From NCBI GenBank assembly GCA_963701095.1, contig OY969564.1, forward strand, positions 608,001-672,000: a DNA stretch of 64,000 bases, written 5' to 3'. Below are positions 45,306 through 54,957 of this stretch, in pieces. The position numbers and the translations under genes were made by a program. Every line of letters starts with the position of its first letter. Position 1 is the first letter of the stretch. The DNA comes from an uncultured Methanoregulaceae archaeon (GTDB taxonomy: Archaea; Halobacteriota; Methanomicrobia; Methanomicrobiales; Methanospirillaceae). Under the pieces are notes generated by a model. The model saw nothing but the letters and a program-made list of their open reading frames with translations. It had not been told where the DNA came from and did not search any database.

Positions 45306-45662
45306 TTAGATTGCCCACCAGGTGCAAATAAGATATCCAGCTGCCACAGCAGCAAGGCCGCCTCCGACACTAATCGCACTATATGTCGCAAGAGTGCGAT
45401 AATCATGATCCTCCAACATACGAAACGTCTCATACGAAAATGTTGAAAACGTCGTAAAACCACCAAGACCGCCGGTCCCGATAAGATAATACAGGTCGCC
45501 TTTGACCAGTGAAAATACCAGCAGGGAAAATGCGAAACTTCCTATAATGTTGACAAGAAACGTCCCGGTAGGAATGCCCCGGATTGGCTCGATGCGTGAG
45601 AAGACAAAGCGGAGTACCGATCCTGCCGCCCCGCCCACGCCGACAAGGAGAACCGGATCCAT
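45306..45662 (-). CDS. crcB: Fluoride channel Fluc/CrcB (copy 2)
   Basis: GGAAGSVLRF, GTFLVNIIGS and GGLGGFTTFSTF. Confidence 0.92.
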   Translation of the reverse strand: MDPVLLVGVGGAAGSVLRFVFSRIEPIRGIPTGTFLVNIIGSFAFSLLVFSLVKGDLYYLIGTGGLGGFTTFSTFSYETFRMLEDHDYRTLATYSAISVGGGLAAVAAGYLICTWWAI

Positions 45663-46064
45663 TCAAAATCTCCGGTAAAGGATAACAAGTCTCCCCAGCC
45701 ATATGGCGCCAAAACCCAGTAGCAGTGTGACCACGAGATTTAAAACGCCGATGAGCGGACCTGCTGCAAAGGACTGGACTTCAAGAGCAGAGAAGGTAGT
45801 GTACGATCCGATAATACCGACCGCACAGAACTGCCGGGTAGTTTGCGAAAACCTTCCCAGGTACATCGATTCGTACATGAATATTCCAAGGAAAAAGCAG
45901 CCGGTGGTGTTGACAAACAAGGTTCCGGGAAGGGTGAAGACGATGCCGGTATCGACAAGGTACCGTAGCACAGCACCGATAAAACCTCCGATGGCCACCG
46001 CGGCAAACGCAACGCACGACTCAACAGAAGGTAAAAACGCCGTATGAAGGCTTCCGGACGACAA
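45663..46064 (-). CDS. crcB: Fluoride channel Fluc/CrcB (copy 1)
   Basis: GGFIGAVLRY, GTLFVN..GC and GIIGSYTTFS. Confidence 0.92.
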   Translation of the reverse strand: MSSGSLHTAFLPSVESCVAFAAVAIGGFIGAVLRYLVDTGIVFTLPGTLFVNTTGCFFLGIFMYESMYLGRFSQTTRQFCAVGIIGSYTTFSALEVQSFAAGPLIGVLNLVVTLLLGFGAIWLGRLVILYRRF

Positions 46065-46096
46065 CGAATTAATTCCCCCAAATCACCGTTCGTTTT

Positions 46097-46156
46097 TTGT
46101 AGAAGTCATCAGTCACGCGAATCGGTGGCGGTTGGAGGCGGACTTCATCGCCGTTA
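46097..46156 (-). ncRNA. Fluoride riboswitch (crcB motif)
   Basis: Minus strand reads GGCGATGAAGTCCGCC-TCC-AACCGCC...CTGATGACTTCTAC, matching the GGCGATGrrGTyCGCC...AACCGC...CTGATGACyyCTAC consensus. The GAAGTC/GACTTC pseudoknot pairing is intact. About 35 nt upstream of crcB. Confidence 0.93.
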
Positions 46157-46298
46157 TCATAGATTGGTTTTCAGTGTTTTTGAATCTGGCGAAAAAAGCT
46201 TCAGTAATATGGCTTACATCCACCCGGATCAGCCGATCTGCTGCCACCAAACTGATCTCTTTTGCCTCTTTCCGGTATTCTTTTATAATGCGTGGCAT
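46113..46298 (-). pseudogene. Possible N-terminal remnant of a TetR-family regulator
   Basis: MPRIIKEYRKEAKE resembles the N-terminus of methanogen TetR regulators. Similarity is lost after about 15-20 codons. Confidence 0.35.
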
Positions 46299-46480
46299 GA
46301 TTTTTTGTAGTCCAAGGCGTAGAGTAAAAATGGTAGAGCGAGTAATATTTATGACATTGGGAAGCGCGTTCCGAAAGGTTATGATACAATTATACCTGTC
46401 AACACACAAACATTGACATATATTCCGGCATCTTTTCGAACGCTGAAAAAAAATCCAAACGAGAACAAAAAAGGAAAACC

Positions 46481-47746
46481 ATGAGATCCAGTACTATCGT
46501 TATTTGCATCCTCCTCTCTGCCCTGATGGCCATGGCAGTTATGCCGGTCTTCGCCGATGATATCCCAACGGTGAACGTTGGTAGTTTTGAGGTAAATCCT
46601 TCAGTGCTCTTGCCCGGCAGCTTTGGCACGATAACGATTACGGTAAACAATACTGCCCAGAGTGCCTCTCTCACCCAGGAATCCGGGGAGCTCCAGTCAA
46701 CTACCTATACCCAGGTAAGAACCAACGATATCAGCGTCAATATCCAGAATGTTCATCTTGAAGGAGACGGTATCACGGTTTTAACCGATGATTTCAACCG
46801 AATTGGCGATTTAGGCCCGGGCAAGTCCATTCCTCTTACCTTCTCCATACAGGCCCCGGACCAACCAGGCATATATTATCCCGAGATCTGGATCGATACC
46901 CAGGGCGGGCAGAGCACGCGGTTCCCGATCCCGGTCAATGTTGATACTGCAGTCGGCATCCAGAAACAGGCCATCCTTATCATGAACAGTGATATTAACA
47001 GCACTGTCAACCCCGGAGATGAGATCCCGGTAACGCTGACAATCAGTAACGCAGGCCAGCTTCTCGCAGACGATGTTACCCTGAAAATATCAAACGTGAG
47101 TACAGACATTGCTCCCGAGAATACCGATACCTACAATATCGGCCTTCTCAACCCGGCCGACCAGAAAACGATCGATGTTGTCCTTCTTTCAGATAAGCTG
47201 ACACCCCCCGGCCTTATCCAGATACCGGTAACGATAAAGTACGCAACAATTGACGGAACCCAGATAACGCAGGCTTCAAGTATCGATCTTACGCTCGAGG
47301 GAAAGGCGGAACTCGGCATCGTTTCCATAGATACAAACCCGTCACCGCTTGTCGCAGCAACCCCGTTTGATCTTACGATCCGTATAGAAAACACCGGCAC
47401 CGGTGATGCAAAACAGGTCGCGGCGACCGTGGATCTTCCTGCTGAGGGGACGAAAAAGGCATTTATCGGGAAGATCGCCCCGGGTGATGACGCACCCGCA
47501 CTATTCCAGATCGAAAACATGAAAGGCGGTACGTACCCGTATAACCTCACCGTAAATTACACCGATGATTTGGGTTTTCATTCCTATACCCAGCCAATGA
47601 GTCTCCGGGTGCCACCTTCTGATTCTGTTGGAGGCGTTATCTTCGGGCTTATCGTCCTTGTGATCCTCGGGTTCCTCGGGTACCGCTACTGGTACCTGCC
47701 CCATAAAAAAGGCGACGGGACATTCCCATGGGTAAAAAAGAACTAA
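46481..47746 (+). CDS. COG1361 S-layer-domain (Ig-like repeat) protein with signal peptide and C-terminal TM
   Basis: Signal peptide, repeated IGDLGPG/IGLLNP/IGKIAPG and I.N.G...A..V motifs, C-terminal TM. Confidence 0.8.
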   Translation: MRSSTIVICILLSALMAMAVMPVFADDIPTVNVGSFEVNPSVLLPGSFGTITITVNNTAQSASLTQESGELQSTTYTQVRTNDISVNIQNVHLEGDGITVLTDDFNRIGDLGPGKSIPLTFSIQAPDQPGIYYPEIWIDTQGGQSTRFPIPVNVDTAVGIQKQAILIMNSDINSTVNPGDEIPVTLTISNAGQLLADDVTLKISNVSTDIAPENTDTYNIGLLNPADQKTIDVVLLSDKLTPPGLIQIPVTIKYATIDGTQITQASSIDLTLEGKAELGIVSIDTNPSPLVAATPFDLTIRIENTGTGDAKQVAATVDLPAEGTKKAFIGKIAPGDDAPALFQIENMKGGTYPYNLTVNYTDDLGFHSYTQPMSLRVPPSDSVGGVIFGLIVLVILGFLGYRYWYLPHKKGDGTFPWVKKN

Positions 47747-48945
47747 AGGTCGCCTTCCTGCTCGCTATTCGTTCTCTCCAACGAGGGGGCAGGACAAGTG
47801 TGATCCTGACCGTCCTGATTGTGGGGATGTGTTTTACCAACATGATCTTCCTGCCGTCCCTGTTTAGCGGGATCGAGCAAAGCATCACGACCCAGCTTGT
47901 TGACTACGAAGTGGGAAATGTTTTCGTGAGCCCCGAATTAGGCTACCAGTATATCACGAACCTGACAGACACGCTTGGTCTTATTAACGGTATGCCCGGC
48001 GTGGAACGGGCAACGCCCCATATATCAGAAGGTGCGACTCTCAAATACCGGCAACGTATCCTCGGAGTCTCGGTCCGAGCCATCATGCCCAATGACGAGA
48101 AATACGTCTCACCGTTGTACACAAAGATAATAACGGGCAACTATCTCGGCAACACGGATACCGGTGAGGTTATCATCGGGAAACCGGTAGCCGGTAATCC
48201 TGCAATCCGGGCAGAAGATGAATTCCAACCGTCGCTCGGCGGTGTCCGTGTCGGCGATTCGATCACGATCGCGTATGCAAACGGGTATACAAAAAATTAC
48301 ATCGTAAAAGGGATCTATTCCACCGGCTGGAGCGAAGCGGACAGTTCAGTCTATGTAAGCTGGACTGATATGGAACAGGTGCTGGGCCAGCAGCCCCTCA
48401 ATTATGCGGATGATATTACCGTTAAGACGGCACCGGGGTATACTGATGAGTTTGTCAAAGATGAACTCACCCAGTACGGGGTTTCGCAGAAAGTCCAGAC
48501 AACAAACGACCTGCTTGGAAAGAGCCTGGGCGCTGCATTCCAGAGTTTTGCCATCATTAACGACGTATCCCTGATTGTAAGTATCATCATTACAACAGTC
48601 GTGCTCTTCATTGTTATCACGATTAAGACCCTCAACAGCCGAAAACAGATCGGGATCCTCAAGGCAATCGGTGTCGATAAGGAAGTGATCATGCACAGTT
48701 ACGGGTTCCAGGTCATGATCCTTGCAGTCCTTGGCATTATCCTTGGTATAATTGTCACGTCGTTACTCGCAGTCTATATGGCCCTTCACCCCATCGTAAC
48801 TCCCGCATGGTCTGCAACCCTGTACCTGACCCCTATGGACCTGTTTACCAATTCCCTGATCCTCTTTATCGCCGCTATTGTTGCCGGGTATGTCCCGGCG
48901 TACCAGGTATCGCGTGAAGATATCCAGTCGGCAATGAGGACCTGA
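47728..48945 (+). CDS. ABC transporter permease, FtsX/MacB/LolE family
   Basis: TM1, large extracellular domain, RKQIGILKAIG motif, three C-terminal TMs, YVPAYQVSR. Confidence 0.88.
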   Translation: MGKKELKVAFLLAIRSLQRGGRTSVILTVLIVGMCFTNMIFLPSLFSGIEQSITTQLVDYEVGNVFVSPELGYQYITNLTDTLGLINGMPGVERATPHISEGATLKYRQRILGVSVRAIMPNDEKYVSPLYTKIITGNYLGNTDTGEVIIGKPVAGNPAIRAEDEFQPSLGGVRVGDSITIAYANGYTKNYIVKGIYSTGWSEADSSVYVSWTDMEQVLGQQPLNYADDITVKTAPGYTDEFVKDELTQYGVSQKVQTTNDLLGKSLGAAFQSFAIINDVSLIVSIIITTVVLFIVITIKTLNSRKQIGILKAIGVDKEVIMHSYGFQVMILAVLGIILGIIVTSLLAVYMALHPIVTPAWSATLYLTPMDLFTNSLILFIAAIVAGYVPAYQVSREDIQSAMRT

Positions 48946-48946
48946 A

Positions 48947-49660
48947 ATGATCGAGATCCTCGATTTGCAGAAAATCTACCGTATGGGAAATGTCGAGGTC
49001 AGGGCCCTTGACGGTGTCACTCTCACTATTGAAAAAGGAGAGTTCCTCGGTATTATGGGTGCAAGCGGCAGTGGCAAGACTACGCTCCTGCACATGCTGG
49101 GTCTCCTTGATACACCCACCTCCGGTAAGATCCTGATTGACGGGATGGACATTTCCCTTTTCAGTGATTATGAGAAAACCATGTTCCGGCTCTATAAGCT
49201 CGGCTATGTTTTTCAGGATTACGCACTGGTCCCCGATCTCACGGTTATGGAAAATGTGTCGATTCCTGCAATGCTCCGGCAGGACCGTACCGATGAACAG
49301 ACAACAAAGGACACCCTTGAAATACTGGAACGTATCGGCCTGCGTGACCGGAAAGACCACCTTCCCCGGGAACTCTCGGGCGGCCAGCAGCAGCGGGTTT
49401 CGATAGCCAGATCTATTGTCAATAAGCCGGATATCCTCTTTGCCGATGAACCCTGTGCGAACCTAGACACGGAAAACTCAAAGATTGTTCTCGATCTGTT
49501 CCGGGAGATCAACCGGGAAATGCAGCAGACTATCGTGATGGTCTCGCATGAAGAATGGCACAAGGATTATTTCCACCGTATTGTGCAGCTTCGGGACGGA
49601 AAAGTCGTCAGCGATGATATGCACGAGGAGAGAAAAACTTCAGCCGGTTTTCAACAATAA
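48947..49660 (+). CDS. ABC transporter ATP-binding protein (LolD/MacB-type)
   Basis: GASGSGKT, LSGGQQQRV, FADEPCANLD and VMVSH. Confidence 0.9.
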   Translation: MIEILDLQKIYRMGNVEVRALDGVTLTIEKGEFLGIMGASGSGKTTLLHMLGLLDTPTSGKILIDGMDISLFSDYEKTMFRLYKLGYVFQDYALVPDLTVMENVSIPAMLRQDRTDEQTTKDTLEILERIGLRDRKDHLPRELSGGQQQRVSIARSIVNKPDILFADEPCANLDTENSKIVLDLFREINREMQQTIVMVSHEEWHKDYFHRIVQLRDGKVVSDDMHEERKTSAGFQQ

Positions 49661-49681
49661 TCATAATACTTTACCGGGAAA

Positions 49682-50302
49682 ATGAACAGTATGTATTATG
49701 AATTCAAGGAACTGCTTTTTTCCCCACGTGCATTTTTCTCCAAAAAAACAGGACCTGCATTCAACCTCCTGGTACCCACGCTAATTGTTTTAACAGGCGG
49801 TGTTTTTGGACTTATAACACCGTATGTTATCAGTTATTTTTCACATGAAGGACTGGCACCGGTAAACGCGATTTTACCTGTCTTCGCGGTTCCTCTCTAT
49901 ATATTAGGACCGTTTGTTGCCTGGTTCCTTTTTTCCGGTATTCTCTATGGGATCTGCAAATTGTTCTTCTCAGGCACCGGGACGTTTATCCTTACCCTCC
50001 AGAATACCGGCTATGCCGTCCTGCCCCTCACCATTATTTCACTTGTCCCGCTGATCCAGGCTCTGTTCTTCAGTAAAATCGGGGAAATTCCCGGGACCTA
50101 TGATGTGTTGATCCTGTTCGGGTTCAACATACTTTCCCTCTTGTTTATCATCTGGACCGGCTACCTCTGGGCCGCTGCAATGGAAAAAACGCATGCCATC
50201 ACCCGGAGCAGATCCCTGGTGGCAGCCTCCGTTACGGTGCTGATATACCTGGCGTACCACCTGATCGTTTTGTTTGTTATGGCAAGCCGGTTGCTTTCCT
50301 GA
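49682..50302 (+). CDS. Yip1-family membrane protein
   Basis: LLFSPRAFF N-motif, five TMs, GYAVLP motif. Confidence 0.7.
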   Translation: MNSMYYEFKELLFSPRAFFSKKTGPAFNLLVPTLIVLTGGVFGLITPYVISYFSHEGLAPVNAILPVFAVPLYILGPFVAWFLFSGILYGICKLFFSGTGTFILTLQNTGYAVLPLTIISLVPLIQALFFSKIGEIPGTYDVLILFGFNILSLLFIIWTGYLWAAAMEKTHAITRSRSLVAASVTVLIYLAYHLIVLFVMASRLLS

Positions 50303-50353
50303 TTTTTATTCCAAAAGAATAATTTTAAGTAGCCTTTCCGGTTACTACCTAAT

Positions 50354-51685
50354 ATGGCTGTGATCGATCTGGAACGGGTGGACAGGATCAAACAGATACT
50401 CAAGTGGAATCCGCGGGGCATGACCATTTCGGATCTCACTAAAAAAATGCAGATCAACCGGAACCTCATCGCCAAAAACCTGGACATGCTGGTGATCTCG
50501 GGTCAGGTTGAGATGCAGCCCATCGGGACCGCTAAAGTGTATTTTCTCTCAAAACGCGTTCCTGTCTCGTCAATGCTCGAATTTTCATCTGATCTGGTGA
50601 TCATGGTCGACCAGCAGGGAAAGATCGTGTATACCAACGAACACGTTCCTGCACTCCTGGACATCAGCCGGGAAGACCTGATCGGAAAAAAGATCGACGC
50701 AATCGATCATCCCTTCCTGCGGGATCTCTCGCGGAGTGTACAGGATCGGGATCCCAAAGACCGGACCGGTAAAGAAGACATCGGGCAGATAAGCAGCAGT
50801 ATACGGAACGTGCACCGGTATTTCCGCACAAAAAAAGTGCCTACGGCGTTTGAAGACGGAAGCCAGGGATTTACTTTTATTATTGAAGATATCACAGCGC
50901 AGATAACCTACCAGCAGAAGCTCGAGCTGAGTGAAGCCCAGTACCGGGGCCTGGTGAGGTCGTCCGGTGAAGCAATCATCGGGAGCACGGAGGAGGGTAA
51001 GATCACCAGCTGGAACCATGCGGCACAACGGGTCTTTGGTTATACCGAAACGGAGATCGTGGAACAGCATTTCAGCCAGCTGGTACCAGCAAAGACCCAT
51101 GCGGATCTTGACCGGCTCCTGCAGGATATTCGCAATGGTGACTGTGTCCAGCGGCGTGAGATGAAGATGGTCCGAAAAGATGGAAACGTGATTGATACCC
51201 TGATCACCATCTGTCCTATCCGGGACGAGCAGGGGACTATCACCGGTGCGTCATCGATCGTCCAGGATATTACCTACGAGAAACTCGGTGAACGGGCACG
51301 CGAATACGAAGACCGGTACCGTACCCTCGTTGAGGATATGAATGTCGGCGTCTACCGGAGTACCGGTGATCCTCGCGGAAGGTTTGTCTGGGGAAATACG
51401 GCACTCCTCCAAATCCTGGGCTTTGGCTCCATGGACGATCTCAAAGAGATCGATGTCACCGATGTTTTCTCTGAACCGGACGGGCGATCCCGGCTTCTTG
51501 ATGAATTACACCGGCAGGGGTTTGTTAAAAACCGGATCCTTTCCCTGAAACGCACCAACGGTTCGCCGGTAACCGTCAGCGTCACCGCTCTTGCCGAATT
51601 TAACGATGACAATAACCTGGTATTCGTCAACGGTATTGTCCAGGACATTTCCGGTTTTGTGAACCAGTCTGCTGAGACGGGATAA
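50354..51685 (+). CDS. Winged-HTH + three PAS-domain sensor protein
   Basis: N-terminal PRGMTISDL...NRN..AK.LDML HTH. PAS/PAC repeats (ITSWNHAAQRVFGY, RKDG, I.QDI). No kinase domain. Confidence 0.8.
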   Translation: MAVIDLERVDRIKQILKWNPRGMTISDLTKKMQINRNLIAKNLDMLVISGQVEMQPIGTAKVYFLSKRVPVSSMLEFSSDLVIMVDQQGKIVYTNEHVPALLDISREDLIGKKIDAIDHPFLRDLSRSVQDRDPKDRTGKEDIGQISSSIRNVHRYFRTKKVPTAFEDGSQGFTFIIEDITAQITYQQKLELSEAQYRGLVRSSGEAIIGSTEEGKITSWNHAAQRVFGYTETEIVEQHFSQLVPAKTHADLDRLLQDIRNGDCVQRREMKMVRKDGNVIDTLITICPIRDEQGTITGASSIVQDITYEKLGERAREYEDRYRTLVEDMNVGVYRSTGDPRGRFVWGNTALLQILGFGSMDDLKEIDVTDVFSEPDGRSRLLDELHRQGFVKNRILSLKRTNGSPVTVSVTALAEFNDDNNLVFVNGIVQDISGFVNQSAETG

Positions 51686-51945
51686 GTATCCGTAAGTTTT
51701 ACCAGAGGCTGACATGTCCCTGCTCCGAGCAGAAGTAGCCATGCACCTCTGCCTTGCATTAATTAATGTTTATTCTTTTAGTAGGATAGTTTGATCACGT
51801 TTCTCCTGCCTATCGGAGATTTCATTGATTCGGAAAATGTGTATCCAACCACGGGATTACGTGGGCGCTAGTACAGATTCTCCACTCCTGCCATCAGGAT
51901 TGTAGACAATTCATGGGAGTTGGATTTGGTTTAAGGGAGGATAAA

Positions 51946-54063
51946 ATGGTTAAATCAATCGGACTGTTCTCAACCAGGATACTATCTATCATTCACATCC
52001 CCAGAAGTACTTCTCTGGATAAAAAAGAGGCCTCACACCGGGTATTGGCTGAATATGACGGCGAAACACATAGGAAGAGGAAACGGTATGTTCTTGTTCT
52101 TGTCGGATTGTTGATGATCATTGCGCTGGTAATGGTGATGCCGGTATCTGCATCGGTCTGGACACAAGTCAGTGGTTCCTCCGGAGTGCCGTTTGCCGGG
52201 ATTCCCGAAGGTACGCTCATCTCCGGCGGGACACTCTATGCCTGGACGGATGGAGACGGCGTGTGGGCGTGGAACGACACTTCCTGGTCACAGGTTGGGG
52301 GTTCTTCTGGATTGACGGGTTATTCCAGGGTTGTCCAGGGTATGATCAGCTCCGGCGGGATGCTCTATGCCGCGACTGATAACGGCGTGTGGGTGTGGGA
52401 TGGTAGAACATGGTCGCTGGTCGGCAGTTCTCAGCCGTTTTATTCTAATAATGGAGGGCTTAACATTCCCGGACCGCTGGTCAGTTCCGGCGGGACGCTC
52501 TATGTAGTATATGGCGACGACTTGTGGTCATGGAACAGCACAATGTGGTCTCAAGTCGGAACATTCCCACAGACGACTCCCGTTGTCAGTTTTGTCATTT
52601 ACAATGGAGCATTCTATTTCGGCTCGTGGCAAAGCGTGTGGACAAGGCATGGCACCTCCTGGATACAGGTCGGAGATTCCGTAGGTGACGGGTGGGTTTA
52701 TAACCTTGTCAGTTCCGGCGGGACGCTCTATGGTGGGACTGAAAACGGTGTGTGGGCGTGGAATGGCACAACCTGGACCGAGGTGGGAGGTTACTCCGGA
52801 CTGACAGGGAATGCAGCATTTATCATGTCCCTGATCAGTTCCGGCGGGTCACTCTATGCCGGAACTGATGGAGGTGGTGTATGGACGTGGAACGGCGTCT
52901 CCTGGTCGCAGATGGCTGGACCCTCCGGAATGACATCTGGCATTATCTTTAGTCTTCTCAGTTCTGGCAGTACACTCTATGCCGGGACGTATAATGGCGT
53001 GTGGGCTACGACTCTGACTCCACTGTCCCCTCCGGTTATAACCGGTATTTCACCTTCGAATGGACCTGCATCCGGAGGAACATCTGTGACAATTACCGGA
53101 TCCGGATTAAGCGGGGCAACCGGGGTTTCATTTGGATCAATTCCTGCAACCAGTTTCACGGTGGTCTCTGACACCCAGATTAACGCCACGTCACCGGCCG
53201 GTTCTGCCGGAATGGTTCATGTAACCGTTACTACTCCGGGTGGGACCAGCGCAACTTCATCTGCCGATGAGTTCACCTATTTCTATCCAGCACCGGTCGT
53301 AACTAATATCTCTCCGGATAACGGACCCGTTGCCGGGGGAACATCGGTGACCGTTTCCGGTTCCGGGTTTACCGGGGCAACCGGGGTTTTATTTGGATCA
53401 ATTCCGGCCACGGGTTTCACAATAAACTCAGATTCTCATATCACCGCCACATCGCCGGCCGGGTCGGGAATTGTTGATGTAATCGTAACTTCTCCGGGAG
53501 GAACCAGCACTGTATCGTCTGGTGACCAATTCACCTATACCACCAATATAGTCAATCTCATCACGACAACAGGTATCCTGATTACCCTGTCGAGCAGTCC
53601 GGGGACCACTCTCTCGAACGTTGAAGCAATTGCGAACCCTTCACCATCAAATACCCCGGCAAATATTACATGGCCACTGGGGTTCATCAGTTTCGATGTC
53701 AACAATGTCCCGGTTGGCGGGTCGGCTACGGTTACTATCACCATGCCAGTCGGTACGATTGTGAACACCTACTACAAGTATGGTCCGACTCCGGACGATG
53801 CAACACCGCACTGGTACCCGTTCATGTACGATGGCCAATCCGGTGCCCAGATTAAAGGTAATGTTATTACCCTCCACTTCGTTGATGGAAAACGTGGCGA
53901 TAACGACATCGCGGCTAACGGGGTAATCTCTGATGCCGGTGGCCCGGGGTATAATGCAAATATCCCATTAGTTCCCGAATTCCCCTCGCTTGTTTTACCC
54001 GTGACCATGATCATTGGTATACTGGGAACGGCCCTCTTCCTCAGGAGAACCAGGGAAAACTGA
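51946..54063 (+). CDS. Surface protein: signal peptide, Trp-rich beta-propeller-like repeats, two IPT/TIG domains, choice-of-anchor U-like domain, PEF-CTERM
   Basis: About 7 SSGGTLYAGT..GVW.WNG..W repeats, P..GP..GGTSVTI.GSG IPT motifs, DG.RGD.D...NG.ISD.GGP, and VPEF+TM+RR tail. GGGAGG RBS. Confidence 0.82.
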   Translation: MVKSIGLFSTRILSIIHIPRSTSLDKKEASHRVLAEYDGETHRKRKRYVLVLVGLLMIIALVMVMPVSASVWTQVSGSSGVPFAGIPEGTLISGGTLYAWTDGDGVWAWNDTSWSQVGGSSGLTGYSRVVQGMISSGGMLYAATDNGVWVWDGRTWSLVGSSQPFYSNNGGLNIPGPLVSSGGTLYVVYGDDLWSWNSTMWSQVGTFPQTTPVVSFVIYNGAFYFGSWQSVWTRHGTSWIQVGDSVGDGWVYNLVSSGGTLYGGTENGVWAWNGTTWTEVGGYSGLTGNAAFIMSLISSGGSLYAGTDGGGVWTWNGVSWSQMAGPSGMTSGIIFSLLSSGSTLYAGTYNGVWATTLTPLSPPVITGISPSNGPASGGTSVTITGSGLSGATGVSFGSIPATSFTVVSDTQINATSPAGSAGMVHVTVTTPGGTSATSSADEFTYFYPAPVVTNISPDNGPVAGGTSVTVSGSGFTGATGVLFGSIPATGFTINSDSHITATSPAGSGIVDVIVTSPGGTSTVSSGDQFTYTTNIVNLITTTGILITLSSSPGTTLSNVEAIANPSPSNTPANITWPLGFISFDVNNVPVGGSATVTITMPVGTIVNTYYKYGPTPDDATPHWYPFMYDGQSGAQIKGNVITLHFVDGKRGDNDIAANGVISDAGGPGYNANIPLVPEFPSLVLPVTMIIGILGTALFLRRTREN
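52215..53010 (+). repeat. Intragenic repeats (about 40-47 aa) with DNA core (A)GTTCCGGCGGGACGCTCTATG
   Basis: TCCGGCGGG(A/T)..CTCTATG recurs at about 52222, 52351, 52486, 52714 and 52840, with a variant near 52963. Confidence 0.75.
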
Positions 54064-54109
54064 CTTTTTTTATTTAATCCGGCTTTTTGAAACCAGGATG
54101 AAATGAGAT

Positions 54110-54928
54110 TTATGTTTTTTGAGATTTTTTAGCGACCAGGTAGATCCGGTTAAACGTTAGGTTCACCATACCATATTCATCGGCCTGTTCTTTAAAAGCG
54201 GTTTTCATCAGGCTCCGGAAGGTCTCAACGTATTCATCCGTCAGGGGAACGGAATAAAATGACTGGTTTAAATAACCGTTTTCCGCACCCGACTGATAAA
54301 TGCCATATACCTGATCTACGGTATACCGGGCTGACTCTTCGACTATGGTGCATTTTTCAACGTCAAATCCGGATTTCTCAAAAAGCGTACGGTAATCATC
54401 TTCTCTTTCCAGAAACATCCATGGATTTTTAAAAAAGCCGAAGGTTTTTCTGGTGGCCGGATTATTACAGACTTGTTCAATAGCGCTCACAAAATTGGGA
54501 CAGTACATCGCGGTGGCAGGAGCCTGGATACCCATGCGGCCGTTGGGTTTTAGCGCTGCAAAACATTGTTTGAGCACTTTTTTAGGATGTGAGAACCACT
54601 GGAAAGCAGAATTGCAATAGATTACATCAAATGAGTTCGAAATGCCCAGACACTCAGCATCTTTTACGAGAAAACTCACATTTGGCTGGCCGGCGTTCTT
54701 GCTGATGGCTTCGTTGATCATGCTCCCGGAAATATCTGTGCCCACGACGATACCCTCTGTACAGCGGGCAATTTCCCGGGTTGTGCGACCGGATCCACAC
54801 CCAAGGTCAAGGACATTTTCATCTTCCCGGATGGACATCAGCCCCAGCAAAACATCCGACGCCGATTTCTGGACCAGAGCCTTTTGTTCATACACGGAAG
54901 CTTTACTGTCGAAATTAATGTCCACCAT
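54110..54928 (-). CDS. Class I SAM-dependent methyltransferase (Tam/BioC-like)
   Basis: VLDLGCGSG, GTDIS, FDVIYCNSAFQW and LKPNG. Confidence 0.85.
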   Translation of the reverse strand: MVDINFDSKASVYEQKALVQKSASDVLLGLMSIREDENVLDLGCGSGRTTREIARCTEGIVVGTDISGSMINEAISKNAGQPNVSFLVKDAECLGISNSFDVIYCNSAFQWFSHPKKVLKQCFAALKPNGRMGIQAPATAMYCPNFVSAIEQVCNNPATRKTFGFFKNPWMFLEREDDYRTLFEKSGFDVEKCTIVEESARYTVDQVYGIYQSGAENGYLNQSFYSVPLTDEYVETFRSLMKTAFKEQADEYGMVNLTFNRIYLVAKKSQKT

Positions 54929-54957
54929 CACTTTATCTCCCACATCAATGCGTATTT

